Notes: generated by a model from the letters alone, not told the origin. A stretch of DNA of 64,000 nucleotides from Candidatus Anstonellales archaeon (GCA_038896535.1 JAWACY010000001.1:288001-352000); one strand, 5' to 3'. Positions 50,550-60,568 are shown, numbered from the stretch's first letter. Numbers and translations are program-made.

Positions 50550-51194
50550 ATGCTGGCTAACAACTTATTGTCAATTGATCTGGCAGCAAAAGAAAATAAT
50601 ATAACTGGCATTGCATATTTTGAAAAATGTGGAGATAAATTTCTTGCTAGGACATTATTTGCTAAAACATTAAGCATTTATACAGATGAAGAAATAAAAA
50701 GCATTGCAAAGCATTTCAAATATGTTTTTATTGATGCTCCATTGTCATTACCAAAAGGAAGAAAAAGCATAGATAAAAAGGAAAATATACATTTTAGGAT
50801 ATGTGATATGAAATTAAGGGCTCTTGGAATAAAATTTTTTCCAATAACGCTTTCTGGCATGAGGGCATTAACAAAGAGAGGGTTAAAAATAAAGCATGAA
50901 CTAAATAAGCTTGGCTGCATTTGTTATGAAATATATCCTGGAGCAAGTTATGATATGCTTGGACTAAAGAGAAAAATGATAAAAGAACAAATTGATTTTT
51001 ATAACAAAATAGGCATAAAACACAGTATTTCAAATCAGCATGAAAGCGATGCATTAATGGGCCTAATAACCGCATTGCTTTTTATAAAGGGCAAAGCAAA
51101 AGTGCTTGATGGTGAGGATGGGGCAATAATATTGCCAAGTAAAAAATTCAATGCAGAAGAAATTAAAGCAGTAATTTATAACACAAATGAATAG
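50550..51194 (+). CDS. DUF429-like RNase H-fold nuclease
   Basis: SIDLAA...TG, FIDAPLSLP, R.CD, EIYPGA, HESDA. Confidence 0.82.
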   Translation: MLANNLLSIDLAAKENNITGIAYFEKCGDKFLARTLFAKTLSIYTDEEIKSIAKHFKYVFIDAPLSLPKGRKSIDKKENIHFRICDMKLRALGIKFFPITLSGMRALTKRGLKIKHELNKLGCICYEIYPGASYDMLGLKRKMIKEQIDFYNKIGIKHSISNQHESDALMGLITALLFIKGKAKVLDGEDGAIILPSKKFNAEEIKAVIYNTNE

Positions 51195-51250
51195 AAGCCG
51201 GATAGTAAAAAGATAGTAAAAAATAAAAATACTCCATATTAATAGATTTT

Positions 51251-52225
51251 ATGGCAAATATTAAATCAAACAAGATTTTATTTATATCCTTCGTTATATT
51301 TATTTTTTTATTCGGCTGTGTCGAGCAGGTAAAAAAACAAAGAACTATTGAGATCCCTGAATCATATAACATAAATATAACAAGCGAGTATGAAGAAATA
51401 AATAAAGTAAAGCTCCCAATATTGCCAACTGAAGAAAATGGGAGTATAAATTTAGAGCAAATAGCAAATTATACAAAAGATGAAAATGCTACATTAAACA
51501 TTGTATTTTTTAACATTGGGCCTGATCAAAGGCTTGACCTTATTTCAAAAGGAGATTTTGATGTTGCCATTGTTTCTATTAATGCAGATAAGATAGATGA
51601 AGCAAGTGCCTTGCTTAAGTCAAAAGCTGATGATATTGAAATACTTATCCTGCCGTATGCAAAAACCGCTGTTGATAGTTTAAAAATAAAAAATAAGATA
51701 GATGTTGCAAAAATAATAGTGCCAGATTATGAATTGCTTAATATAACATCGCCAAATGTTGAAAAAATGAAATCTGGAGATAATATAAAAGAAAATGGAA
51801 TAACAATCACTTTTATTACCCCATTTAAAGGCGCATTTTCTGGCTATGAAAATAACGCGCTTTCATTTTATCTTAATGATAGGAACTTTTCAATATTTTT
51901 TGGCAATGATATTGTTGAAGGAGCAATAGGAAAAATTGTATCAAGCAATTTAGCATTGAAAACAGATGTTGTTGTTATGCCATCCTATGGAAAAGGAGAA
52001 GCATCAGGCCAATATATGGGCCTTTTCATTGATAGGGCAAATCCAAAAAGTGCTGTATTTGAAGGCATGGGCATAGATTTAAATAGAATTGAACAAAATG
52101 ATTCTAGAGTTGGAATAATAAACAAGCTTTTGTTAAAGAACATAAATCTTTATTTTGTTGGCAATAATAAGAACGTTTTGATATCATATAATGGGAACAT
52201 GTATAATGTAAATGAGAATAATTAG
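51251..52225 (+). CDS. Exported ComEC/Rec2-type metallo-beta-lactamase-fold protein lacking metal ligands
   Basis: LFGC N-terminus; FFNIG, ENNALSF, SIFFGND, LKTDVV, P..AV scaffold motifs; no HxHxDH. Confidence 0.62.
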   Translation: MANIKSNKILFISFVIFIFLFGCVEQVKKQRTIEIPESYNINITSEYEEINKVKLPILPTEENGSINLEQIANYTKDENATLNIVFFNIGPDQRLDLISKGDFDVAIVSINADKIDEASALLKSKADDIEILILPYAKTAVDSLKIKNKIDVAKIIVPDYELLNITSPNVEKMKSGDNIKENGITITFITPFKGAFSGYENNALSFYLNDRNFSIFFGNDIVEGAIGKIVSSNLALKTDVVVMPSYGKGEASGQYMGLFIDRANPKSAVFEGMGIDLNRIEQNDSRVGIINKLLLKNINLYFVGNNKNVLISYNGNMYNVNENN

Positions 52226-52234
52226 GGTAATAGT

Positions 52235-52972
52235 ATGAAAAATATAAGTAATAATATAAATAACAGCAGAAGTGATAAGATGAAGAACAAGGGGAAATAT
52301 ATGGAAAGCGTTGTCATTTCTCTTGGCGGTAGTGTAATAAACCCTGGAAAACCTGATACAAAAAAAATTTTATCACTTGCAAATATATTTAATTCATTTA
52401 AAGGTAAAATGGCTATAACAACTGGTGGGGGGAGCTATGCCAGGATATATGCAGATTGCATAAGAGAGATAAGCAAAAATGAATTTTTTGCTGATGAAAT
52501 AGGCATATTAGAAACAAGGCAAAATGCCATGCTTGTAATACCAGCATTAAAAAATGCCTGCCCTTATGTAGTGCAAGATTTTAGAGAAGCAATATCGCTA
52601 TTGAATACTTATAATATTGTTGTGATGGGCGGCTTTATGCCAGGCATAACAACAGATGCAGTTGCTGTTATGCTTGCAGAAGTTATAAAAGCAAAAAGGC
52701 TTGTAAATATAAGTAATATAAATGGCATTTATGACAGGCCACCAAATGAAAAAGGGGCAAAGAAGCTTGATAAGTTATCATTGCAAGAATTGCTAGAACT
52801 TGCTTATGAATATGATAAAAGAAAAGCAGGCACACACTTTATTTTTGATGTGCTTGCTTGCAAACTTGCTTTAAGGGCTGGTATAGAAATACATTTTGTC
52901 TCATCAGAAGAAGAGGAAGTTAGAAATGCATTGAATGGCAGAAAACATAATGGCAGCATAGCCTATGCTTAG
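52235..52972 (+). CDS. pyrH: Uridylate kinase
   Basis: VISLGGSV, GGGSYARIY, GI..TR.NA, PGITTDAVA; start possibly 52301. Confidence 0.93.
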   Translation: MKNISNNINNSRSDKMKNKGKYMESVVISLGGSVINPGKPDTKKILSLANIFNSFKGKMAITTGGGSYARIYADCIREISKNEFFADEIGILETRQNAMLVIPALKNACPYVVQDFREAISLLNTYNIVVMGGFMPGITTDAVAVMLAEVIKAKRLVNISNINGIYDRPPNEKGAKKLDKLSLQELLELAYEYDKRKAGTHFIFDVLACKLALRAGIEIHFVSSEEEEVRNALNGRKHNGSIAYA

Positions 52973-53056
52973 GAGTCAATTTTTTCATAATGGCAAATAG
53001 AAAATTAAAAATTAAATAAAAAATCAAACTTAAAAAAATAAATAAACACTAAAATA

Positions 53057-53932
53057 TTAAACGCATTGTCTTTTTACTACATCACATACATAACCTTTTT
53101 GACAATCATTATCTGTATTGCATCTTCCTGGTTTTGCTGTGCATAGTTTTGTTTGCTGATTGCAGTATTCCCATTCTTTACAGTTTGCATCTGTATTACA
53201 ATAGCCCCTTTTTGGTACACATACATGTTTTGTTGAATCGCAATACTCCCATGTATTGCACTGACTTGATGAATCGCAATAGCCAGGCAATGGAGCACAT
53301 TTTTTATTGTTTGTATTACAATACTGCCAATCCTCGCAATTACTGTCATCATTACAAAATCCTGGTTTTGGTACGCAAGTATTAGTTTTATTATTGCAAA
53401 ATTCATATGCATAGCAATCCTTGTCATTAAAGCATCTGCCAGGAATTGGGAAACATTTATTGTTGCTGCAATATTGCCAGGAAGCATTGCAATCTAAATC
53501 ACTATTGCAAAATCCGGGTTTAACTTTACATACATGAGATGTCTGATCGCATACTTCATTTTGTTTACACTCAGCATCATTGTTACAGAATCCCTGAGCT
53601 GTAATGCATAGGTGGTTTGATAAATTACATTCTTGCCAATTTTCACAATCAGAACTTGTTTGGCAGAATCCCTTTTTAGGAATACAGTAATTTCCTTTAT
53701 TGCATTCTTGCCAATTTTCACAATCAGAATTTGAAAAACACCTCCCAGGCAATGGCTGACATATGCCTTTATCTTTATTACATTGTTGCCATGCTTTACA
53801 ATCAGCATCATTTGAGCACTTAATTATATTTTGCCCTGAGCTAGAAGTGCAACCATAAAAGAATAATAAGAATGAGAATAGTATTATTGTTAAAAAAGCA
53901 TGGTATTTATTGAAAGCATTATATATATCCAT
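53057..53932 (-). CDS. Exported protein with ten tandem 4-Cys repeats
   Basis: FFYGC N-terminus, then repeats of G(F/R/Y)C....(D)C..W..C.....C.P.P, 25-26 aa each. Confidence 0.85.
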   Translation of the reverse strand: MDIYNAFNKYHAFLTIILFSFLLFFYGCTSSSGQNIIKCSNDADCKAWQQCNKDKGICQPLPGRCFSNSDCENWQECNKGNYCIPKKGFCQTSSDCENWQECNLSNHLCITAQGFCNNDAECKQNEVCDQTSHVCKVKPGFCNSDLDCNASWQYCSNNKCFPIPGRCFNDKDCYAYEFCNNKTNTCVPKPGFCNDDSNCEDWQYCNTNNKKCAPLPGYCDSSSQCNTWEYCDSTKHVCVPKRGYCNTDANCKEWEYCNQQTKLCTAKPGRCNTDNDCQKGYVCDVVKRQCV

Positions 53933-54022
53933 CTTATCCCTATTTATTATCCATTTTCCATTTTATATTAATTTTTTAATTTTTATATTAATTTATCCAC
54001 TCCCTTTTCTACCTTTTTGATC

Positions 54023-54379
54023 TTACTTTTTTGATCTCTTTGCCCTTTTAACTTTTTTTGCTTTTTTCTTCTGTTTTTCTGCCTTAACTTCTTCTAACTT
54101 CTCTTCTATTAAAGGCTGCCCTTCAACTTCTTCTTTTTTATGCTCTTCCCCTTTTTCATATTTTGCACATTCTTCACATGTATTTCTGCCAACCGCAGCA
54201 TAAACAGGGCAATAGCCAAATAAGCCTGTAAGCACAAGGGCCAATGAAATAATAACAAGCAAACCAAAGCTCCAGCTAGGCAGCTCAGCAGCTTTTCCCA
54301 TCGTTATTAAAAATAAAAAAAGCCCGATAGTAAATCTTAATATCCTTTCACTTATTCCTACATTGTGCATGTAATTCAT
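54023..54379 (-). CDS. DUF2892 (YgaP-like) membrane protein
   Basis: NVG..ER..R..IG, LTGLFGYCPVY..VG.NTC. Confidence 0.85.
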   Translation of the reverse strand: MNYMHNVGISERILRFTIGLFLFLITMGKAAELPSWSFGLLVIISLALVLTGLFGYCPVYAAVGRNTCEECAKYEKGEEHKKEEVEGQPLIEEKLEEVKAEKQKKKAKKVKRAKRSKK

Positions 54380-54461
54380 TTTACCACCTAAAAATTATTT
54401 AAGATTTGTTTTTTAAATTTTTGCCTTCTTTGCAATTGCAATGAAAAGATGAGAAGCAATT

Positions 54462-55310
54462 TTAACCTTCTATTATCTCAGCACTCATTGTCGTTGTTTC
54501 ATTACTATATATGACAAGCATGTCATCTTTTTGCATTAATAGTGTTATAACCTTTCCATTAAATTTTTTGTAATAAGTAAATGTCTCCCCATTTTTGATT
54601 TTTTCTGTTTGATTCTTGCTTGTTAAAAATAACTCAACATTATTATCAAATTTTAATTTTACTAATGCAGGGCCATTTAATGGCAACCCAACTATCAAAT
54701 ATCTGTTTTCATAAATATTAAATGATAGTACATTAACAAATGTTTTATTAAGATATATTGTTGTTATATAACACAATTGCTTTCCGCATGCTATACCAAC
54801 TCCGAGCTTTGTAAAGTTATTGCTCAACATTGTTTCTCTGTGTTTTTCACTGTTTAGCCAGCCATCTATTGTTTTGTTCACAAGATCTTTATTAAATGTC
54901 ACTAATGCCAAGTTTTCTCCTGCCAGTGAATATGAAATATTTGCTTCTTTTAATCTGTAATCAACGTTTCTGCCTTCTTTATCATAATGGTCAAAAAAGC
55001 CTTCTTCAAGCATTTTTTGGCTGTATGCTCTTGCAACATAGCTCTGCCTTAAATCATATTCAAGATATGTTTTATTATAGTGCTTTCTTATGTCATTTAT
55101 GGCATGAAATATATCTAATTCAAGCTGCGATGGCGAAAAATTTAAGTTATAATTAATTGCATTTTCCATTCTTTTTTCTTCAATACCATCTAAATTTTTT
55201 GTATAAAAGCAACCATATGATGCTATGCCATATAATATTGCAAGTATAAAAAGAAAAACAACTCCATTATTCCTATTATTTGATTTTTTTTGTTTCATAT
55301 CAACCCTCAA
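54462..55310 (-). CDS. CAP/SCP domain exported protein
   Basis: IN.IR, A..YS..M...FFDH, GENLA, GWLNS..HR..ML, GVGI. Confidence 0.88.
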   Translation of the reverse strand: MRVDMKQKKSNNRNNGVVFLFILAILYGIASYGCFYTKNLDGIEEKRMENAINYNLNFSPSQLELDIFHAINDIRKHYNKTYLEYDLRQSYVARAYSQKMLEEGFFDHYDKEGRNVDYRLKEANISYSLAGENLALVTFNKDLVNKTIDGWLNSEKHRETMLSNNFTKLGVGIACGKQLCYITTIYLNKTFVNVLSFNIYENRYLIVGLPLNGPALVKLKFDNNVELFLTSKNQTEKIKNGETFTYYKKFNGKVITLLMQKDDMLVIYSNETTTMSAEIIEG

Positions 55311-56325
55311 TTTTAAATCTCAACATTGCTGCTATACCTTTCATGCCTTTTAATTTTTCCCCCCATTCATGGCTAGTACTTATTATATGTATTTTTGCTT
55401 TATTTTTTTGCTCTGCCTCTTTTAATAAATTTTTTATTTCATTATCTGCAAGGAGTTTGTCTATAACAATGATATAGCTTATTGCATTATAATCTATTGC
55501 CTTTTTTATATTTTCTTTTCCATAAACAGCGAGCCCATCATTTTTGTATATACTTAAAAGTGTTTCATTCACCAATTTTGCTTCTTTTATTAGCCTCGCT
55601 TCCCCTATAACAGAATCTATAATGCCAGCATCCAGCAGCTCTTTTATTGAGCTTACCTCGGCATAACTAGCATCAGCAATCTTTGTTTTGTAGCCATTAT
55701 TTTTAATTATTTCATTTGCTTTTTCTTTCTCAAAACCAGGGCCAGCAATTATTATTATTGCCTGCTTATCCAATGACTGTATTATTTCTTTATATTTTTT
55801 TTCTTTTATTCTTTCTATTTCTTTTTCATCCCATTTTTTTCCTGCTGGTAAATCAATCTCAAATTTTTCTTCAAATCCATATGGGGTTATATCTATTATC
55901 AATGCCTTTCTTTCATCAATAAGCAAAAGCTGCGCTGCTTTTCTTCTAGAATCCTCAAGAGCATTTTTTATTACATTTATTTCATAATCCCTCCATTCTT
56001 TTTTTTCTATTGTTAATACATAATCTTCTGTTATCTCTATGCTATGATGTTTCCCTCTTTGTATGAATTCTTCTGGCTTGCCATCTATGATAATGCCAGT
56101 AACCCTTAATGATATTGGCCTTTGTTTAAAATCTATTTTTTCTGCTTCTATCTTGACGAATATTGGCTTTCTCTCTTCTTCTCCATTAAATTTTACTGCC
56201 CTGAAGCTTTGCCCTGATAGTATATCATGAGCATTTAGTATTTTTGATAAATACCATAAATCTTGTGCACTCTCAATTTTTATTTTTATGATTCCATGTT
56301 TTTTGTCTTCATTCAATATTTTCAT
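55300..56325 (-). CDS. pelA: Pelota (mRNA surveillance/ribosome rescue)
   Basis: DLWYL, LRVTG, GKHHSI, AGPGF.K, GIAAMLRF. Confidence 0.93.
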   Translation of the reverse strand: MKILNEDKKHGIIKIKIESAQDLWYLSKILNAHDILSGQSFRAVKFNGEEERKPIFVKIEAEKIDFKQRPISLRVTGIIIDGKPEEFIQRGKHHSIEITEDYVLTIEKKEWRDYEINVIKNALEDSRRKAAQLLLIDERKALIIDITPYGFEEKFEIDLPAGKKWDEKEIERIKEKKYKEIIQSLDKQAIIIIAGPGFEKEKANEIIKNNGYKTKIADASYAEVSSIKELLDAGIIDSVIGEARLIKEAKLVNETLLSIYKNDGLAVYGKENIKKAIDYNAISYIIVIDKLLADNEIKNLLKEAEQKNKAKIHIISTSHEWGEKLKGMKGIAAMLRFKIEG

Positions 56326-56332
56326 TTTATCA

Positions 56333-56929
56333 CTATTTCATAGCTATGCTGACCCACCATTCGCTGCTTTGCTTTTTTATTATATATTTTGCATATAAAT
56401 AGCCTATAACAAGCCCGCCTAAATGAGCAGCAGATGCTATACCAGAATTTATGTTAAATGTGCTCAGAAATTCAAGGATAAACCAAAATATTACTGCTTG
56501 CTTCATTCTCATAGGCATAAACCATATAAAGATCACAAGGTTTGGAAAAAACACTGCTGTTGCCCCCATTATGCCAAAAACTGCTCCGCTTGCTCCTAAT
56601 GCTGGCAAGCCCGGGTTTATGTTAAGCAATGTAGCTAAGTAATAGAATAGAGAGCCAGAAATTCCAGAAAGCAAGAATATTTTTATTATTTCTATTGGCC
56701 CCACCCTTTTTTCAAGGATTGACCCAAAAAGTATGAAAGCATAAAGATTAAGGAAAAGATGCAAAAAGCCAGCATGCAAGAAAATTGATGTAATAAACCT
56801 CCATGGCTCATTTATTGCATTGCTTGGAAGGAAATAAAGTGATTCTGTAAAATTTGGAATAATGATTTGAGCTATGAATGCAATGAAAATTGTGATGGAT
56901 ATTAATAAAACTGCATTATAGTAAGCCAT
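56333..56929 (-). CDS. Rhomboid intramembrane serine protease
   Basis: WRFITSIFLH, HL..N, GASGA, AHLGG. Confidence 0.94.
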   Translation of the reverse strand: MAYYNAVLLISITIFIAFIAQIIIPNFTESLYFLPSNAINEPWRFITSIFLHAGFLHLFLNLYAFILFGSILEKRVGPIEIIKIFLLSGISGSLFYYLATLLNINPGLPALGASGAVFGIMGATAVFFPNLVIFIWFMPMRMKQAVIFWFILEFLSTFNINSGIASAAHLGGLVIGYLYAKYIIKKQSSEWWVSIAMK

Positions 56930-56963
56930 AAATCATATTTACATAATAATTTTATTAACCTAT

Positions 56964-57524
56964 CTATTTATTTCTGCTCGGCATTTGCCTTGATCTTGCA
57001 AACCCTCCGTTTTCCTCATCTAATTTTATAACAAGATTTTTTGCAATGCTTCTTGCTGTCCCTTGAAATTTTTCTCTTATGCTGTCATCTAATAAACTCT
57101 TGCTCATTAAATGTTCCAGCAGTTTTAAAATATTTAGCCAATCCCCACTTTCCTTATTCTTTTTTATTATATTAGATAAAATTTTATGAAAAGCATCTAT
57201 TGCGGCAATTCTTAATTCTTCTTCTATATCTTTACTTACAATTATTTTTTCCAATGCTTGAATATTGCCATCTTGCCTTGCAAGCTTAATACTCTGGATT
57301 GCGCATTCCTTTCTTACTTTATATACTATATTTTCATCAATGCCAATTTTACTGCATATAAATTTATTTGTTATTACATTATTACCAGTTGCAATATTAA
57401 CAAGTTCTTCTACAAATCTTTGTTGCTCAGCAATTTCCATAGCCCTTAAGAGTGCATCTCTCCTTATCTCTTCTTCTTCATGGAAAGTCGCAATAAACAG
57501 CAAATCATAAAATTTGGTTATCAT
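56964..57524 (-). CDS. Hypothetical helical-repeat protein
   Basis: EE.R..A repeats resemble HEAT-like units; GGTGA SD. Confidence 0.6.
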   Translation of the reverse strand: MITKFYDLLFIATFHEEEEIRRDALLRAMEIAEQQRFVEELVNIATGNNVITNKFICSKIGIDENIVYKVRKECAIQSIKLARQDGNIQALEKIIVSKDIEEELRIAAIDAFHKILSNIIKKNKESGDWLNILKLLEHLMSKSLLDDSIREKFQGTARSIAKNLVIKLDEENGGFARSRQMPSRNK

Positions 57525-57592
57525 TGTTTCACCATGCTACTTAATTATTTATAACAAACATTTTTAAAGCCTTGCTAATAAAGAAGTGCCAT

Positions 57593-59347
57593 ATGGAAAT
57601 TATAATAGCTGAAAAGCCAAGAGTTGCTATGAAGATTGCAAATGCTCTTGGAAAAGCAAAAAAGAAGCTTTATAAAAAAAAGGCCCCATATTATGAGCTA
57701 GATCATAGCATAATAATGCCTGCAGTTGGCCATTTATTTTCATTATCTAGCAATGCTGGGAGCGATTATCCTGTTTTTGATGTGCAATGGAAGAAGGTTT
57801 ATGAGATAAATAAAAAGTATTATTATGTTAAGCCATACATAGAGAATTTTGAGGCAAATAAAGAGAAAGCAGATAATATTATTGTTGCAACAGATTACGA
57901 TAATGAGGGCAGCTTAATAGGTTATAATATAGCAAGGTTCATATTTACTGGTAAGAAAGTAGAGAGAATGAAATTTTCAACATTAACCGCAAATGAATTG
58001 AAAAAGGCATATAATGAAAGAGGAGATTTTGATTATGGCAATGCTATTGCTGGAGAAACTAGGCATATCGTTGACTGGTTTTATGGCATAAATTTAAGCA
58101 GGGCATTGATGTCATCTTTAAGAAAGGCAGGTAAATACAGAGTTATGAGCATAGGCAGGGTTCAAGGTCCGACATTGGCTCTGGCTGTTGGTAGGGAAAA
58201 CGAAATATTGAGCTTTAAGCCAGAGGACTATTACCTATTATTTTTATACGCTAAAAATGCTGAATTTTCATTTGGCAAGCATATAAAAAGCAAGGAAGAG
58301 GCAGAGAGAATATTTAATGCTATTGGGAATTATGGGATAATAAATGATGTTGATATAAAGAAATTGGAAATAAGGCCATTGCCAGCATTTGATTTAACTT
58401 CATTGCAAGTTGATGCTTATAGAATATTTAAAATCTCTCCATCAAAAACGTTGCAGATTGCCCAATTGTTATATGAATCTTCTTTAATCTCATATCCAAG
58501 GACAAGCTCTCAACAACTGCCTCCATCTATTGGTTATAGGAACATACTTGAGAGCATTGCAAAACATAATGATAGTTATAGCAAGCTTGTAAGCAAAATA
58601 CTTGAAAAGCAGAAGTTGTGGCCAAGCCAAGGCAAAAAGACAGATCAAGCGCATCCAGCGATATATCCAACTGGCCAGAAGCCGGATAAACTGAGTGAGG
58701 AAGAAAGGAAAATTTATGAGCTTATATTGAGAAGGTTTATTGCTGCATTTATGGACAGTGCAATTAAGGTTGAGACAAATGTTCTGCTAGAGTCTAATGG
58801 CATTTTATTCAAAGCTGAAGGCGTTAAAATAGAGGAGCAAGGCTGGTTAAAGGCAGTTAAAGGGCTTTATGATTTAAAGGAAAAAGCCATAGCAGATTTT
58901 AAAAAAGGCGAGAAAGTAAGAATAGATGATAAGAAGATTGTAAAAGAAAGGACAAAACCACCAGCTAGGTATAATGAAGCAAGCCTTATAAAAGAGCTGG
59001 AAAAAAGAGGCCTAGGCACAAAAGCAACAAGAGCTGTTATAGTTTCAACGCTTTTTTTGAGGAAATACTTGTTTAAGCAAAAAGATGGAATACACGTTTC
59101 TGCTCTTGGCATAGCTGTTTACAGAACACTTGCAGACCATGTGCCTAATATATTAAATGAGAGTTTAACAAGAGAAATAGAAGAGGATTTAGAAGAGATA
59201 GCAAAAGACCCAAATAAAAAAGATGCAGTAATAGAGAAAGCAAAAGCAATAATAACTGACGCATGCAAAGCATTTAAAGAAAGAGAATTAGAGATCGGGA
59301 CTACTTTCTTCGATGCTATAAGGAGTATGAGGGTCTTCTCTAAATAA
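57593..59347 (+). CDS. topA: Type IA DNA topoisomerase
   Basis: IIAEKP, AVGHL, ATDYD.EG, GRVQGPTL, ISYPRT (catalytic Tyr), GLGTKATR. Confidence 0.95.
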   Translation: MEIIIAEKPRVAMKIANALGKAKKKLYKKKAPYYELDHSIIMPAVGHLFSLSSNAGSDYPVFDVQWKKVYEINKKYYYVKPYIENFEANKEKADNIIVATDYDNEGSLIGYNIARFIFTGKKVERMKFSTLTANELKKAYNERGDFDYGNAIAGETRHIVDWFYGINLSRALMSSLRKAGKYRVMSIGRVQGPTLALAVGRENEILSFKPEDYYLLFLYAKNAEFSFGKHIKSKEEAERIFNAIGNYGIINDVDIKKLEIRPLPAFDLTSLQVDAYRIFKISPSKTLQIAQLLYESSLISYPRTSSQQLPPSIGYRNILESIAKHNDSYSKLVSKILEKQKLWPSQGKKTDQAHPAIYPTGQKPDKLSEEERKIYELILRRFIAAFMDSAIKVETNVLLESNGILFKAEGVKIEEQGWLKAVKGLYDLKEKAIADFKKGEKVRIDDKKIVKERTKPPARYNEASLIKELEKRGLGTKATRAVIVSTLFLRKYLFKQKDGIHVSALGIAVYRTLADHVPNILNESLTREIEEDLEEIAKDPNKKDAVIEKAKAIITDACKAFKERELEIGTTFFDAIRSMRVFSK

Positions 59348-60073
59348 ATTAAAGAGCTTTGCTACTAAGCTGTTTTTTCTTGAAAAATGCTTTAGGATAT
59401 TGAATTTTTTTCTATTGCTTTTTGACCCATCTTTTATTTTATAAATGCTTATTTCATCTTCATTTATTTCTAAAAATCCAATATAAGCATCTATATTGTT
59501 AATTAAATAATGAACAGCCCTTTCTTTGTCATTTTTTGGAAACATGCTGCTAAATGTTTCATAAAATTCATTTATAGCCCCGGCATCTGCTATTGGATAA
59601 GCCAGCATGTATCTTGATTCATCTTTGCTGAATATAAAATATTTTCTCAATGCAGCCATATGCTGTGCTATTTGCTTTAAATATTGATTCAAGCAATAAA
59701 TATCGCCCCTTTTCATTCTCTCTATTCTTGACCTTATATCATAACTGCTTTTTACTTCTATAAAAGTGCCTTTTAACTGGCCGATCTCATTTTTTTCTTC
59801 TAATATCATTATATCTATTATCCCTATATTTCCAGCCCCTCCATTATTATTAGAGTGCAGTGTTAAACAAACTTCCATTGCTGTAATGAATGGCTCCCTC
59901 GATAATATAAAAGGATTTTCATACAAGAAATGCTTTATTAATCTGTGTAAAGGTTTTTCATTTGTATGCTTTATTCCCTGTCCTTGGAATGTTCTTACTT
60001 CTCCATTATTTGCTATTAAACCAGCCCTTTCTCCCTTCCATGTTATTAATAACTCGTTATGATTGCCCTCCAT
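59288..60073 (-). CDS. Putative PD-(D/E)xK nuclease-fold protein
   Basis: E....GIIDI....FIEVKS....Q...(H) pattern. Confidence 0.55.
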   Translation of the reverse strand: MEGNHNELLITWKGERAGLIANNGEVRTFQGQGIKHTNEKPLHRLIKHFLYENPFILSREPFITAMEVCLTLHSNNNGGAGNIGIIDIMILEEKNEIGQLKGTFIEVKSSYDIRSRIERMKRGDIYCLNQYLKQIAQHMAALRKYFIFSKDESRYMLAYPIADAGAINEFYETFSSMFPKNDKERAVHYLINNIDAYIGFLEINEDEISIYKIKDGSKSNRKKFNILKHFSRKNSLVAKLFNLFREDPHTPYSIEESSPDL

Positions 60074-60109
60074 TAAAATAATTTAATTAGAAAGGTTTTT
60101 ATATATAAT

Positions 60110-60568
60110 ATGTTTAATATTTTTATGCAAGCGAAACTCGTAATTAAATCTGTATTTGAGCATGGCCAGCAAATACCAAAAGAGTATACATGCGAAGGCA
60201 GGAACATAAGCCCAAAACTCATTATACAGGGTTTAGATGAAAAAGTCAAGTCAATTGCAATAATAATGGACGACCCTGATGCGCCTATGGGAACTTTTGT
60301 ACATTGGGTCGTATGGGACTTGCCTCCAGGCAATGTTGAAGAAGGAACAAAAAAAGGCGTTAATGGCATTACGAGTTTTAACAGGCTCGGATATGGGGGG
60401 CCATGTCCACCAAAAGGGCATGGCAAGCATAGGTATTATTTTAAAGTTTATGGACTTGATAAAAAGCTCGGGCTGAAGGAAGGGCTGAGAAAAGAGGAAT
60501 TATTAAAAGCAATGGAGGGACATGTCATTGCATATGGAGAGCTGATGGGAACATATGAAAGAAAATGA
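60110..60568 (+). CDS. YbhB/YbcL (PEBP) family protein
   Basis: YTCEG.NISP, DDPDAP.GTFVHW, YGGPCPP..HRY.F. Confidence 0.93.
   Translation: MFNIFMQAKLVIKSVFEHGQQIPKEYTCEGRNISPKLIIQGLDEKVKSIAIIMDDPDAPMGTFVHWVVWDLPPGNVEEGTKKGVNGITSFNRLGYGGPCPPKGHGKHRYYFKVYGLDKKLGLKEGLRKEELLKAMEGHVIAYGELMGTYERK

Noticed and set aside
53077..53811. Alternative-frame Ile/Val/Met-rich ORFs
   Set aside because: Frame-shifted readings of the Cys-repeat gene
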